Assembly (NCBI GenBank): GCA_963666275.2
Contig: CAXXOA010000001.1
Location: forward strand, 2,112,001-2,176,000
Length of the DNA: 64,000 nt
Direction of reading: 5' to 3'
DNA from: Oceanispirochaeta sp.
GTDB lineage: Bacteria; Spirochaetota; Spirochaetia; DSM-2461
Both the position numbers and the translations under genes were made by a program. Shown here piece by piece: positions 51,086 through 59,872 of this stretch. The notes below the pieces were generated by a model. It was not told the origin of the DNA. It saw nothing but the letters and a program-made list of their open reading frames with translations, and did no database searches. Position 1 is the stretch's first letter; each line of letters starts with the position of its first letter.

Positions 51086-53205
51086 TGAACACCTCCCTGG
51101 ATCCTTTCGTATTTCTGCCTGTCTTTTTTCTGGGCGGACCATTCAAAGAGGGCCGGAATCAGCATGAGAACACCCGAGACGATAAGGCCGCTGCTCATAT
51201 TGGCGATCCTCTCTTTCTGATCCACATACTCATCATAATTACTGGAATGAGACAGAGCATAGGGATCGCTATCGATCAGGCCCAGAGTCAGGCCCAGCCC
51301 GGAAGCCAGGAGGCCTCCGGCTGTCCAGAGCCCGGCTTTTCTGCCATGGGAACTGATTGGCTGAAAGGTTACAAAAGCACTATTATCCATCCGGACTGTA
51401 ATATCCGTTTCATAGGGGAGATGACCTTCGCTCCAGATATAGATATCCCGGATTCCCAGGGGAAGAGCCGGGATAGTCTCTTCGGGATTATCAATTTTCA
51501 CACCGTCAATAAAGATCTGCATATCATTTCTGAAATTCCTGATTGTCAGAGAACCTCCTCCTCCGGATTTTAAAAGGTCCACTTCCGTGCTCCCCTGCAC
51601 TTCAAACTCTACCTTCTGATCCTCCCATTCGGGGACACCCTGAATACTGAGAGTCCAGGAACCTTCGCTTAAAACAACAGGATCATCAAAATCTGCCTGC
51701 AGTGTTTTCCCTTCAGAGCTGAAAAGAAAGTATTCGGACTGTCTGGTGGTAGCCTTGCCGAGGATCAGTTCCAGACTGCCTGAGTGATTCTGAGACTGTA
51801 TTTTCTCATAGTTGAGGATTTTTACAGGATAAGCGGTTTTGCCCTTAAGAGTAATTTCACTGAAACTTTTTTCAGAAAGATCAACTGTCATATCCGGATA
51901 AACAAGATCCTCCGACCTGAATGTGAGATTGTAGGAATCCGGAGGAAGCTGAATATCCAAAGGGGTGTTTCCCAGAAAACGACCGTCCCCGTATACTTCC
52001 ACCGCAGCCCCTTCCTCGTCTTCTATGCTCAGACGAATGAGTTTACCAGCCGCTGCTGTGATCAATTCTGTGGTTCCCGAAAGGGAGACAAGCCTTCTGA
52101 CAGCAGCGGAAAATTCCGTTGAAGTTCCCTCCACTCTCACCTGGGTCAATGGTTTTGTAAGATTCACATACAGGGGTACCCTGCCGGCTATCCTGTCATC
52201 TATGTAGACATAGGCCCCTTCCTCACCCAGTACAAGAAGATCCGATGAGGATTCCAGTTCTCCCAGGGAGTTGCTTTTCAGATTACTGACAGGGGTATTT
52301 TTTTCTGCATTCAGAACCCTGTGATTCCATTTGAGAATCTCGGCATAGCCTCTCTCTTCCAGAAAAGAAACAGCCTTGTCAATTCCGATAGAGAAAAAGA
52401 TACTGTTCCCATTTTCCAGTAGGGCTGTGTTGATCCCCACAACCTTTCCCTCTTCATTGACAAGAGGGCCCCCGGAATTCCCCTGACTGATAGCAGCATT
52501 GTGCTGTATACCCAGTTCATCATCCCGGAAGGCTGAAATATTCCCTTTATTCATGGAAACAACCCTGTCTTTAAAGATCCTTGTTATAGTCAGTCCCAGG
52601 GGATAACCGAAACTGTAAACGGTTTCTCCGATCAGGGAGCTGTTGATACTCTCCCTGTCAGCAAACTCTATTCCTGAAAAGGGATCCTCCCCTTTTATCT
52701 GCACCAGAGCCAGGTCATCCCCCTCTTCGTCAGAAACCTCCAGAACATCCGCATCATACTCTTTACCGTTGAGGATTCCCGTAAATCTGTAATCTCCCCG
52801 GGCAAACATGGTTTGAAAATCCAGAAGAACAGATCCCTTTTCAGTATCACTGAAATTGTATCCGTACTCTTCGATAAGAGACTGGGCCACGTCAGTTCCG
52901 ATCCTTTTCCGGGCACTTTCCAGATCTTTGAAAAGAACCACATGTCTGTTGGTCAGGATATATCCATCCGGATCTATAATAAAACCGGAGCCGGATTTGA
53001 CAGGAAAATAGGAATCAAGGAATTTCCTTTCAGCCAGTTCCTCCAGCTGCCGGATGAGATCCGGTTGGGAACAGGAAGAGGAGTCCAGGAGGAACATATG
53101 TTCCAGACTCACAATGGAATCTTTATGATCCTGATATAGAGTCTGGGAAAATATGTTTGTCAAAGAAATAGTAAAAAGGAGAATCGGGAAAAAATATCTG
53201 TTCAT
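51082..53205 (-). CDS. Exported trypsin-like (S1C) serine protease with PEGA domains and C-terminal membrane segments
   Basis: GSGFII, TNRHVV (His), DLALV (Asp), GNSGGPL (Ser); PEGA repeats GAYVYID..G.VPL and VYGDG.FLGNTPL. Confidence 0.88.
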   Translation of the reverse strand: MNRYFFPILLFTISLTNIFSQTLYQDHKDSIVSLEHMFLLDSSSCSQPDLIRQLEELAERKFLDSYFPVKSGSGFIIDPDGYILTNRHVVLFKDLESARKRIGTDVAQSLIEEYGYNFSDTEKGSVLLDFQTMFARGDYRFTGILNGKEYDADVLEVSDEEGDDLALVQIKGEDPFSGIEFADRESINSSLIGETVYSFGYPLGLTITRIFKDRVVSMNKGNISAFRDDELGIQHNAAISQGNSGGPLVNEEGKVVGINTALLENGNSIFFSIGIDKAVSFLEERGYAEILKWNHRVLNAEKNTPVSNLKSNSLGELESSSDLLVLGEEGAYVYIDDRIAGRVPLYVNLTKPLTQVRVEGTSTEFSAAVRRLVSLSGTTELITAAAGKLIRLSIEDEEGAAVEVYGDGRFLGNTPLDIQLPPDSYNLTFRSEDLVYPDMTVDLSEKSFSEITLKGKTAYPVKILNYEKIQSQNHSGSLELILGKATTRQSEYFLFSSEGKTLQADFDDPVVLSEGSWTLSIQGVPEWEDQKVEFEVQGSTEVDLLKSGGGGSLTIRNFRNDMQIFIDGVKIDNPEETIPALPLGIRDIYIWSEGHLPYETDITVRMDNSAFVTFQPISSHGRKAGLWTAGGLLASGLGLTLGLIDSDPYALSHSSNYDEYVDQKERIANMSSGLIVSGVLMLIPALFEWSAQKKDRQKYERIQGGVQ

Positions 53206-53424
53206 TGCCGCAAGCCTTTTGAATTATATTTTTTCCGAATCCTAGCATGATTTTTTCTCTTTTAATAGTAAAAGAAAATTTTTTTTAGGATATTCGATTC
53301 ATTTTTTAATGTTCTGACGTTAACGAGGATGGCATAAAAACTGCCAGGGGAATGGAATAATTTTAATGGAACATATTCCGGCCTCCCCCGGTTATCTGAG
53401 CGGGGAGACCGGAAGAACAGGGAA

Positions 53425-54573
53425 TCAGGCCCGGCGATCCTGTCCGTAAAAAGAGAGAATATTCCGTACAGGAACATCCCCCTGAATATAGTGGGCGGAG
53501 GCGCAGATATAGCCGCCGTCTTTTCCCAGGGTTTTACACAGATATCGGGTTTCCTCAGCCACATCCTCTACGGTTCCGTAGGGAAGGGTTTTCTGAAGGT
53601 CCCCTCCTCCGTGAAAACAGATCCTGTCGCCGTAGGTATTTTTGATAAACTCCATATCCATCCCTTTGGCCCGGGGCTGCAGGGGGTTGAGGATATCAAT
53701 ATCCAGTTCATCGATAAAGGCGGGGATAAGATCGATCACCGAACCGCAGGAGTGGTACATAAGTTTAACATCGTACTGACGGATCACCTTATTCAGCTTC
53801 TGATGGAAGGGCAGGATATATTTCCGCCACATATCCGGAGACATCATCAGTCCGTCCTGCACGGCCACATCATCATAGGTATACACCATGTCCACCAGGT
53901 GTTCCGCTTTTCCCATAAGAGCTTTGAAGTTGTCTATAAACCTCTGTGTATAACAGTCCATAATGGTACAGACCAGATCGGGGTTTTCATAAAACCCCAT
54001 AAGAAAGTTATCCAGCCCGTAGAGCCCCCAGGCGGACTCGAATATACCGCCTATATCGTAACGGATATGATAGGGTGCTTTTTTGTTGGCCCGCTCCACT
54101 TTGGGAGCGAAACTGTCCCAGTCCCACCAGCTGCTGTCGGGCCACTTCTCCCACTGCTCAATCTGGGCGGAGGTTTTCATTTCCGCCAGGGGAAATCCGG
54201 CGTACTCTTCGTAGCGGGAATAGCCGTTATCCACAATTTTTCTCAAAGAACCCCAGATACTGTAGAACGTGCCGTCTTCATTTTTCTGCGGCTCCGGTCC
54301 TATGTAATCGGGAGTAATGATCCGGCAGTCCACTCCCAGAAGATCCATCAGTTCATGGCCGCTTGAAATTCCGAAGAAATCCAGAAGAGAATCCCAGGTT
54401 TCGGGAACTCCCCAGAAATCAAAGGGCACACGATCGGTGCTTTTATGATCAAGAGCTCTTGTGACTCTCTCGTGGGGGGAGAATTCCTCCTGCCGGGGAG
54501 AACCATAAATATTCTGAAACCAGGCTTTGGCTTCTTCAGGGGAGCAGCTGCTCCAGTCGGGTCTGTTTTTCAA
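53425..54573 (-). CDS. Uroporphyrinogen decarboxylase / methylcobamide methyltransferase-like family protein
   Basis: ERV..AL....DRVP, DD......MMSP..W, YHSCG, LNPLQP, GGYI...H. Confidence 0.88.
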   Translation of the reverse strand: MKNRPDWSSCSPEEAKAWFQNIYGSPRQEEFSPHERVTRALDHKSTDRVPFDFWGVPETWDSLLDFFGISSGHELMDLLGVDCRIITPDYIGPEPQKNEDGTFYSIWGSLRKIVDNGYSRYEEYAGFPLAEMKTSAQIEQWEKWPDSSWWDWDSFAPKVERANKKAPYHIRYDIGGIFESAWGLYGLDNFLMGFYENPDLVCTIMDCYTQRFIDNFKALMGKAEHLVDMVYTYDDVAVQDGLMMSPDMWRKYILPFHQKLNKVIRQYDVKLMYHSCGSVIDLIPAFIDELDIDILNPLQPRAKGMDMEFIKNTYGDRICFHGGGDLQKTLPYGTVEDVAEETRYLCKTLGKDGGYICASAHYIQGDVPVRNILSFYGQDRRA

Positions 54574-54678
54574 TGATTATTTCTCCTTACTCTCCGGAAT
54601 GGATCTATCCGGTATAATATAAAAGGGTTATACAGGCCTGAACCCGAACTCTTCTTTCCCTCCGGGACAAAAGACATG

Positions 54679-55404
54679 TTACGACTCCCTCCTGAGGAAA
54701 GAAAGGACCCTCTCTCCCCGGCTGTTAAGCAGTTCAAGGGTATCCCCATTGACAGCAAAGGAAGTCACCAGGGCCAGATGCTCAAAATACTCCTGTTCAA
54801 TATATTCCCCGAAACACGCTTTTTTTGTAGAAATTGAAGGTCCCAGCGCCATGGTCGCCAGGTTCAGCTCCAGGATACGGCCTGTATAGGAATTACATCC
54901 TCCGGAACCGCTGAACTGCATCGTCTCCAGCCGAATCTCAAGATCCGGCAGGACAACCATTCTGTTGAGAGGACGATCATTCATAGCAGCCAGAATCCAC
55001 TCCCCTTCCAATCCGTTCCTGGGATCTACCTGCCTCTCAAGTTCTTCTATCAGGGTGTATTTCCATGTCGAAGCATCAGCGGGTACATTGTCTCTCTCTT
55101 CTCTCAAAACAGATATTTTTCTCAGAAAACCCTTTTCAAATACAAATCCTTCTATGGGAGAGGAAAAAATCTCCCACCGGGCCTCAGCAAGGTTCTCTCC
55201 CTTATAGACAAGAAGGGACATCTGCTCTCCCGCTCCTGCAGAGCTCATGGTTTTAAAGCCGCTGATCCAGAAATTTTCCTGTTGCGCCTTTTGTGCAGAA
55301 GCACAGCCTATCAGAATGCTGAGAAGGATCAAGCCTAAGAGGATGTGAAAGATCTTTCCGGGATACTTCCCAGAAAGGAAATCCGGAGACACTCTATTTC
55401 TCAA
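54679..55404 (-). CDS. META/HslJ domain lipoprotein (N-terminal DUF4377-like)
   Basis: Lipobox LIGC; IEGFVFEKG..PADAS; SGSGGCNSY, STKKAC, E..YFE.L. Confidence 0.85.
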   Translation of the reverse strand: MRNRVSPDFLSGKYPGKIFHILLGLILLSILIGCASAQKAQQENFWISGFKTMSSAGAGEQMSLLVYKGENLAEARWEIFSSPIEGFVFEKGFLRKISVLREERDNVPADASTWKYTLIEELERQVDPRNGLEGEWILAAMNDRPLNRMVVLPDLEIRLETMQFSGSGGCNSYTGRILELNLATMALGPSISTKKACFGEYIEQEYFEHLALVTSFAVNGDTLELLNSRGERVLSFLRRES

Positions 55405-56578
55405 GGAAGCTCTCTCCCCGAGTCATGGGTTTTACGCCGAAATAGTCCGTAAGGGAGGCTGCCAGATCGGCAAAACTGCTTCTGATACCAACAGATCCGG
55501 CTTTGCCGCCTTTCCGGTACCACAGAAGAGGCACATGCTCTCTGGTATGGTCTGTTCCTGTAAAGGCGGGATCGCATCCGTGATCACCTGTAATGATAAG
55601 AACATCTCCCGGTTCCATGGATTCCATGTATTCCGGAAGGGCCGCATCTATAGCGGAAACGGCATCACCGTATCCTTTGATATCCCGGCGGTGTCCGTAG
55701 ATCATGTCTGTGTCCACCAGATTGACGAAAACAAACTCCCTCTCCCCCGATGGCTTTGAGAGGATCTCCTTTGTCCGGGCCATACAGGCTTCGTTTCCGG
55801 CGTCATGAAAACTCTCTGTTATACCGGATTCATTGAAAATGGAACCGATTTTTCCTACCGCTACGGTTTTGACTCCCTCTTTCTGCAGATGATCAAGGAT
55901 GGAATCTCCCGGCAGAGCAATACTGTAGTCGTGTCTCTCTTTGGTACGGTAGAATTTGCTGGGCAGGCCCGCAAAAGGCCGGGCGATAACCCTTCCCACA
56001 GCCAGGGGATCGCAGAGCTTCCTGGCGATCTCGCACATTTCATAGAGTTCTTCGATGGTGTAGCGGTCCATATGAACGGCGATCTGAAAAACAGAATCCG
56101 CCGAGGTATAGCAGATGGGATACCCGGTATTCAGATGTTCCTCTCCCAGTTCTTCAATAATCACGGTACCGCTGGCTGCCTTGTTTCCCAGGATTCCTTT
56201 GCAGCCTGTTTTTTCAATGAAAGCCTGTACCAGATCATCAGGAAAAGAAGGATATTCCTTGGGAAACTGATGGAAGGGTTTATCCAGAACCAGACCGGCC
56301 ATTTCCCAGTGCCCGGTGGTGGTATCTTTTCCGGGGGACTTTTCGGCCATAACGCCATAAAGAGCCGAGGGCTTCTCCACAGCCTCACAGCCGGGAAGTG
56401 GATTGCCCAGCAGTTCAGAAGCGTTTCCCAGTCCCATGGCTTTCATATGGGGCCAGAGAGGTCCCGGGATATTCTCACAGATATGTAGAGCCGTATTGGA
56501 TCCTTTATCGCCGTAGCTGTCCGCATCGGGAAGTTCCCCGATTCCGAAACTGTCAATAACCAGAACTGTTGCCCGCAT
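55394..56578 (-). CDS. deoB: Phosphopentomutase
   Basis: [44 protein letters not shown]. Confidence 0.97.
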   Translation of the reverse strand: MRATVLVIDSFGIGELPDADSYGDKGSNTALHICENIPGPLWPHMKAMGLGNASELLGNPLPGCEAVEKPSALYGVMAEKSPGKDTTTGHWEMAGLVLDKPFHQFPKEYPSFPDDLVQAFIEKTGCKGILGNKAASGTVIIEELGEEHLNTGYPICYTSADSVFQIAVHMDRYTIEELYEMCEIARKLCDPLAVGRVIARPFAGLPSKFYRTKERHDYSIALPGDSILDHLQKEGVKTVAVGKIGSIFNESGITESFHDAGNEACMARTKEILSKPSGEREFVFVNLVDTDMIYGHRRDIKGYGDAVSAIDAALPEYMESMEPGDVLIITGDHGCDPAFTGTDHTREHVPLLWYRKGGKAGSVGIRSSFADLAASLTDYFGVKPMTRGESFLEK

Positions 56579-57227
56579 CCTTTCCTCCCTGCACAATGGC
56601 AATCCCCGCACTGGCACCCAGGCGGTCGGCTCCGGCTTCAATCATAGCCAGAGCGGTTTTACGGTCCCGGATGCCACCGGCAGCCTTCACCTGTATATCC
56701 GGGACTGTTTTTCTCATAAGAGCCACATCTTCCACGGTAGCGCCGGTAGGACCGAATCCTGTGGATGTCTTTACAAAATCCGCCCCGGCCTCCCGGGAAA
56801 GTACGCAGGCTCTGACGATTTCCTCTTTGCTGAGATAGCAGTTTTCCAGAATCACCTTGACCCCGGCCGATCCGGACGCATCCACGACGGCTTTGATATC
56901 ATTGCGGACATAGTCGAAGTCACCCTCTTTCATTTTACCCACGTTGATCACCATATCCACTTCCCGGGCGCCCTCTTTCACAGCCAGAGCCGTTTCCGCT
57001 GCTTTCGCCTCGGAAGCCATGGCACCCAGAGGAAACCCCACGACCACACAGGTCATCACATCGGATCCCTTCAGTTTTTCTGCCACAAGAGAGGTATAGC
57101 AGCCGTTCACACAGACCGAAGCAAAATCATGCTCCAGGGCTTCTTCGCATATTTTTTCTATTTCCGCCGGTGTGGCGGCCGCCTTTAACAGGGTATGATC
57201 AATATATTTTGATAATTTCTTTTCCAT
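56553..57227 (-). CDS. deoC: Deoxyribose-phosphate aldolase
   Basis: IDHTLLK, GFPLG, KVILE, FVKTSTG, KAAGGIR, RLGAS. Confidence 0.98.
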   Translation of the reverse strand: MEKKLSKYIDHTLLKAAATPAEIEKICEEALEHDFASVCVNGCYTSLVAEKLKGSDVMTCVVVGFPLGAMASEAKAAETALAVKEGAREVDMVINVGKMKEGDFDYVRNDIKAVVDASGSAGVKVILENCYLSKEEIVRACVLSREAGADFVKTSTGFGPTGATVEDVALMRKTVPDIQVKAAGGIRDRKTALAMIEAGADRLGASAGIAIVQGGKDAGNSSGY

Positions 57228-57261
57228 GTTTAACCTCTTTTATTCAGATAATAATCAGAAA

Positions 57262-57285
57262 AGACGCGATAAATCGCGTCTCCAC
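57262..57285. repeat. Single REP-like palindrome
   Basis: agacgcgat-aa-atcgcgtct-ccac (GTGG end on the minus strand, GTAG-REP-like). Confidence 0.5.
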
Positions 57286-57356
57286 AGTTTCTTGTGATAT
57301 TTTTAATTGTATAATGGCTTGTTCATGGATACAAGAAGAAGCTGATCATGTATGAC

Positions 57357-58568
57357 CTATAGCTCCGGGTCCTGAACGGACAGGATAGCCAGACCTCCCA
57401 GAGAGGTTTCCCTGTAGGTGCTCATCAGATCCCTTCCTGTCCGGGTCATGGTTTCCACAGCTTCATCGAACTGGATCTTATGGGATCCATCGCTCAAAAG
57501 GGAAAATTCCGCATTGGCAATGGCCCTGCTGGCCCCCATAACATTCCTTTCGATACAGGGAATCTGTACCAGTCCGAAAATGGGATCGCAGGTCAGCCCC
57601 AGGTGGTGCTCCAGAGCCATTTCCGCAGCGTACTCCACCTGCCGGGGGGTTCCGCCCATCATCTGAACCGCCGCCCCCGCCGCCATGGAACTGGCAACGC
57701 CGACTTCGCCCTGACAGCCCACTTCGGCCCCTGAGATAGATCCGTTGGTTCTGACAACATTGCCCAGGAGTCCCGCTGTGGCCAGGGCCCGGATCTGGTC
57801 GGTTTCACTGAGGCTGAATACCTCTTTCATATATCTGAGAACTGCCGGAAGGACACCCGCAGCGCCGCAGGTGGGTGCTGTAACCACAATGCCTCCGGAG
57901 GCATTCATTTCAGAAACCGCCAGGGCATAGGAGAAGAGTCTTGCCGATGTGGAAAGGGGCTTTTTCAGCATGTCCGCCCTTTTATGGTACATACTGGCCT
58001 TTCTTGTAAGACCCAGCCGGCCCGGCAGGACCCCTTCGGTCTCCAGTCCCTCCTGCATGGTTCTCATCATCCTTCTGAGAACTTCCCTGAGAAAATCCCG
58101 GATGCCCTCTCCCTCATGCTGATAGACATACTCCCAGAGGGTAATCCCCTTTTTGTTGCAGTCCTTGAGAATCTCCCGCATATTGTTATGGGGATAGACC
58201 TGTGAGGATCCTTCAGCCGCGGCATCTCCGGAAGTCCGGATGGAACCGCCTCCGATACTGTAGCCTTCCCATTCTCCCAGAAGAGTGTTTCCTTTCCAGG
58301 CTTCCAGTTTCAGTCCGTTGGGATGCTCGGGCATCTCCTCCTCGGGAAACCAGTGAAACTCCACATTCTTATTTCCAAAAGTATCTTTTATAACCTGATC
58401 CGTCAGGTGTCCCTTTCCGGTGGCCGCCAGGCTGCCGTAAAGACTGACTCTGTAGATCTCTGCATCGGGATGCTGTATGAGAAAGGCAGCAGCCGCTTTC
58501 TGGGGCCCCATGGTATGGCTGCTGGAGGGTCCGTTTCCCACCTTGTATAAACTTCTTATTGAATCCAT
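57357..58568 (-). CDS. sdaA: L-serine dehydratase (Fe-S, single chain)
   Basis: GPSSSHTMGP, TAPTCGAAG, GAEVGCQGE, HHLGLTCDP, IPCIERN. Confidence 0.96.
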   Translation of the reverse strand: MDSIRSLYKVGNGPSSSHTMGPQKAAAAFLIQHPDAEIYRVSLYGSLAATGKGHLTDQVIKDTFGNKNVEFHWFPEEEMPEHPNGLKLEAWKGNTLLGEWEGYSIGGGSIRTSGDAAAEGSSQVYPHNNMREILKDCNKKGITLWEYVYQHEGEGIRDFLREVLRRMMRTMQEGLETEGVLPGRLGLTRKASMYHKRADMLKKPLSTSARLFSYALAVSEMNASGGIVVTAPTCGAAGVLPAVLRYMKEVFSLSETDQIRALATAGLLGNVVRTNGSISGAEVGCQGEVGVASSMAAGAAVQMMGGTPRQVEYAAEMALEHHLGLTCDPIFGLVQIPCIERNVMGASRAIANAEFSLLSDGSHKIQFDEAVETMTRTGRDLMSTYRETSLGGLAILSVQDPEL

Positions 58569-58588
58569 CTGATTCTCTCCTCTCCTGT

Positions 58589-59716
58589 CTACCAGCTGAT
58601 TGTCCGGCCGTTATCTTCCAGACACTGTTCCAGGTACTCCCTGTTCAAATCCAGTTTATCTGTAATTTTCCTGAAAAGGTCCACACTGATCAGGTTCTGT
58701 TCCACATAGAGGAAGAGCAGAGCCTTCTCGGCCAGGCAGGGAACCTTAAGGGAATTCATAATCACAGAGGAGTGCCTGTAATCTTCCTCCCCTTCGTTCA
58801 TAATGCTGCTGTAGAGAGCACTTTTTGATACATCCTCTTTGAGGAACCGGAGTTCCTTTACAAGAATATCCGTATTGCCCGAAGCCGCAGCTTCTCCCAG
58901 GGGCTTCAGCGTGAAATAGGTATACTCCTTACCCGGCAGAAAATGGTGCTTGTCACAGCGGGTGCAGTAGTTGGGTTCCAGGGGATCCTCTTTCTGCCTG
59001 TCTCCTCCGATGATGATCAGAGGATCGAAGTAGAGTGCCGGGCACTCCTGACCTTTCACGCGGTAATAGCGGTAGGTGTAGAAAGAGTCGCTTATGCAGT
59101 CCGAATGTTCGCAGTAGGCTGTCAGAGGAAACACATCGGTCGCCGTTTCTATGAGCAGACGGGCCGTGGAGTTGAAGATATCCCTTCTGAAGTTGAGGAT
59201 CAGCGTGGGATAGACAAAAACAAGCCCCTTCTTTTCTGAAGCGTTTTTAATAACATAGGCCATACGTTCATCAAAAAAAGAGGCCTCATCGATAATCCAG
59301 GTCCCCATTTCGGGAAAGTCTTCAATGAGTTTTTCAAGATCGAAGGAGTTCCGGATCTTGGCAATCTGCTTACCAAGACGTTCATACCCCCCTCTGTAGG
59401 CCAGAGCATCTTCGGGATACTCTTCAAAACGTTTTTCATCAAGGGCGGACCGGACAAAAAAGACATTCCTTCGGTCTCCGTGGACAGTACGTGTTTTTTC
59501 TGCCACCAGGTCGGATTTTTCCAGGGTGACCCGGGCATCTCTCCAGATTCTGGCGGAATATTCGGTTTTTCCCGAACCCATGGGGCCGATAACGAGGATC
59601 CTCCTGGCAGGTCTTGTAAAATCAAAATGGTTAAATGAGTGGTGAACCTGAATAGCCGGAAACCCCAGACTTTTCAGAAAATCTCCGGAATCCTGTGCAG
59701 GCAGATCATCCTTCAT
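58589..59716 (-). CDS. tdk: Thymidine kinase, long form
   Basis: GPMGSGKTE P-loop, IIDEASFF, AYCEHSDC, IIIGG...YCTRCDKH. Confidence 0.85.
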   Translation of the reverse strand: MKDDLPAQDSGDFLKSLGFPAIQVHHSFNHFDFTRPARRILVIGPMGSGKTEYSARIWRDARVTLEKSDLVAEKTRTVHGDRRNVFFVRSALDEKRFEEYPEDALAYRGGYERLGKQIAKIRNSFDLEKLIEDFPEMGTWIIDEASFFDERMAYVIKNASEKKGLVFVYPTLILNFRRDIFNSTARLLIETATDVFPLTAYCEHSDCISDSFYTYRYYRVKGQECPALYFDPLIIIGGDRQKEDPLEPNYCTRCDKHHFLPGKEYTYFTLKPLGEAAASGNTDILVKELRFLKEDVSKSALYSSIMNEGEEDYRHSSVIMNSLKVPCLAEKALLFLYVEQNLISVDLFRKITDKLDLNREYLEQCLEDNGRTISW

Positions 59717-59872
59717 GTATCCTTCCTTGAGTTGGTGTATTTAATTGGTTGAAACCTCTTATAACAGGGGTCCTGAATACTACCCCCGGAAGAGAAAGAT
59801 TTCAATATATTAAACAGAAGTCTTTATTTAACCGATTATACAATAAGGACACCTGAATTCGAGAAGGAAAAA

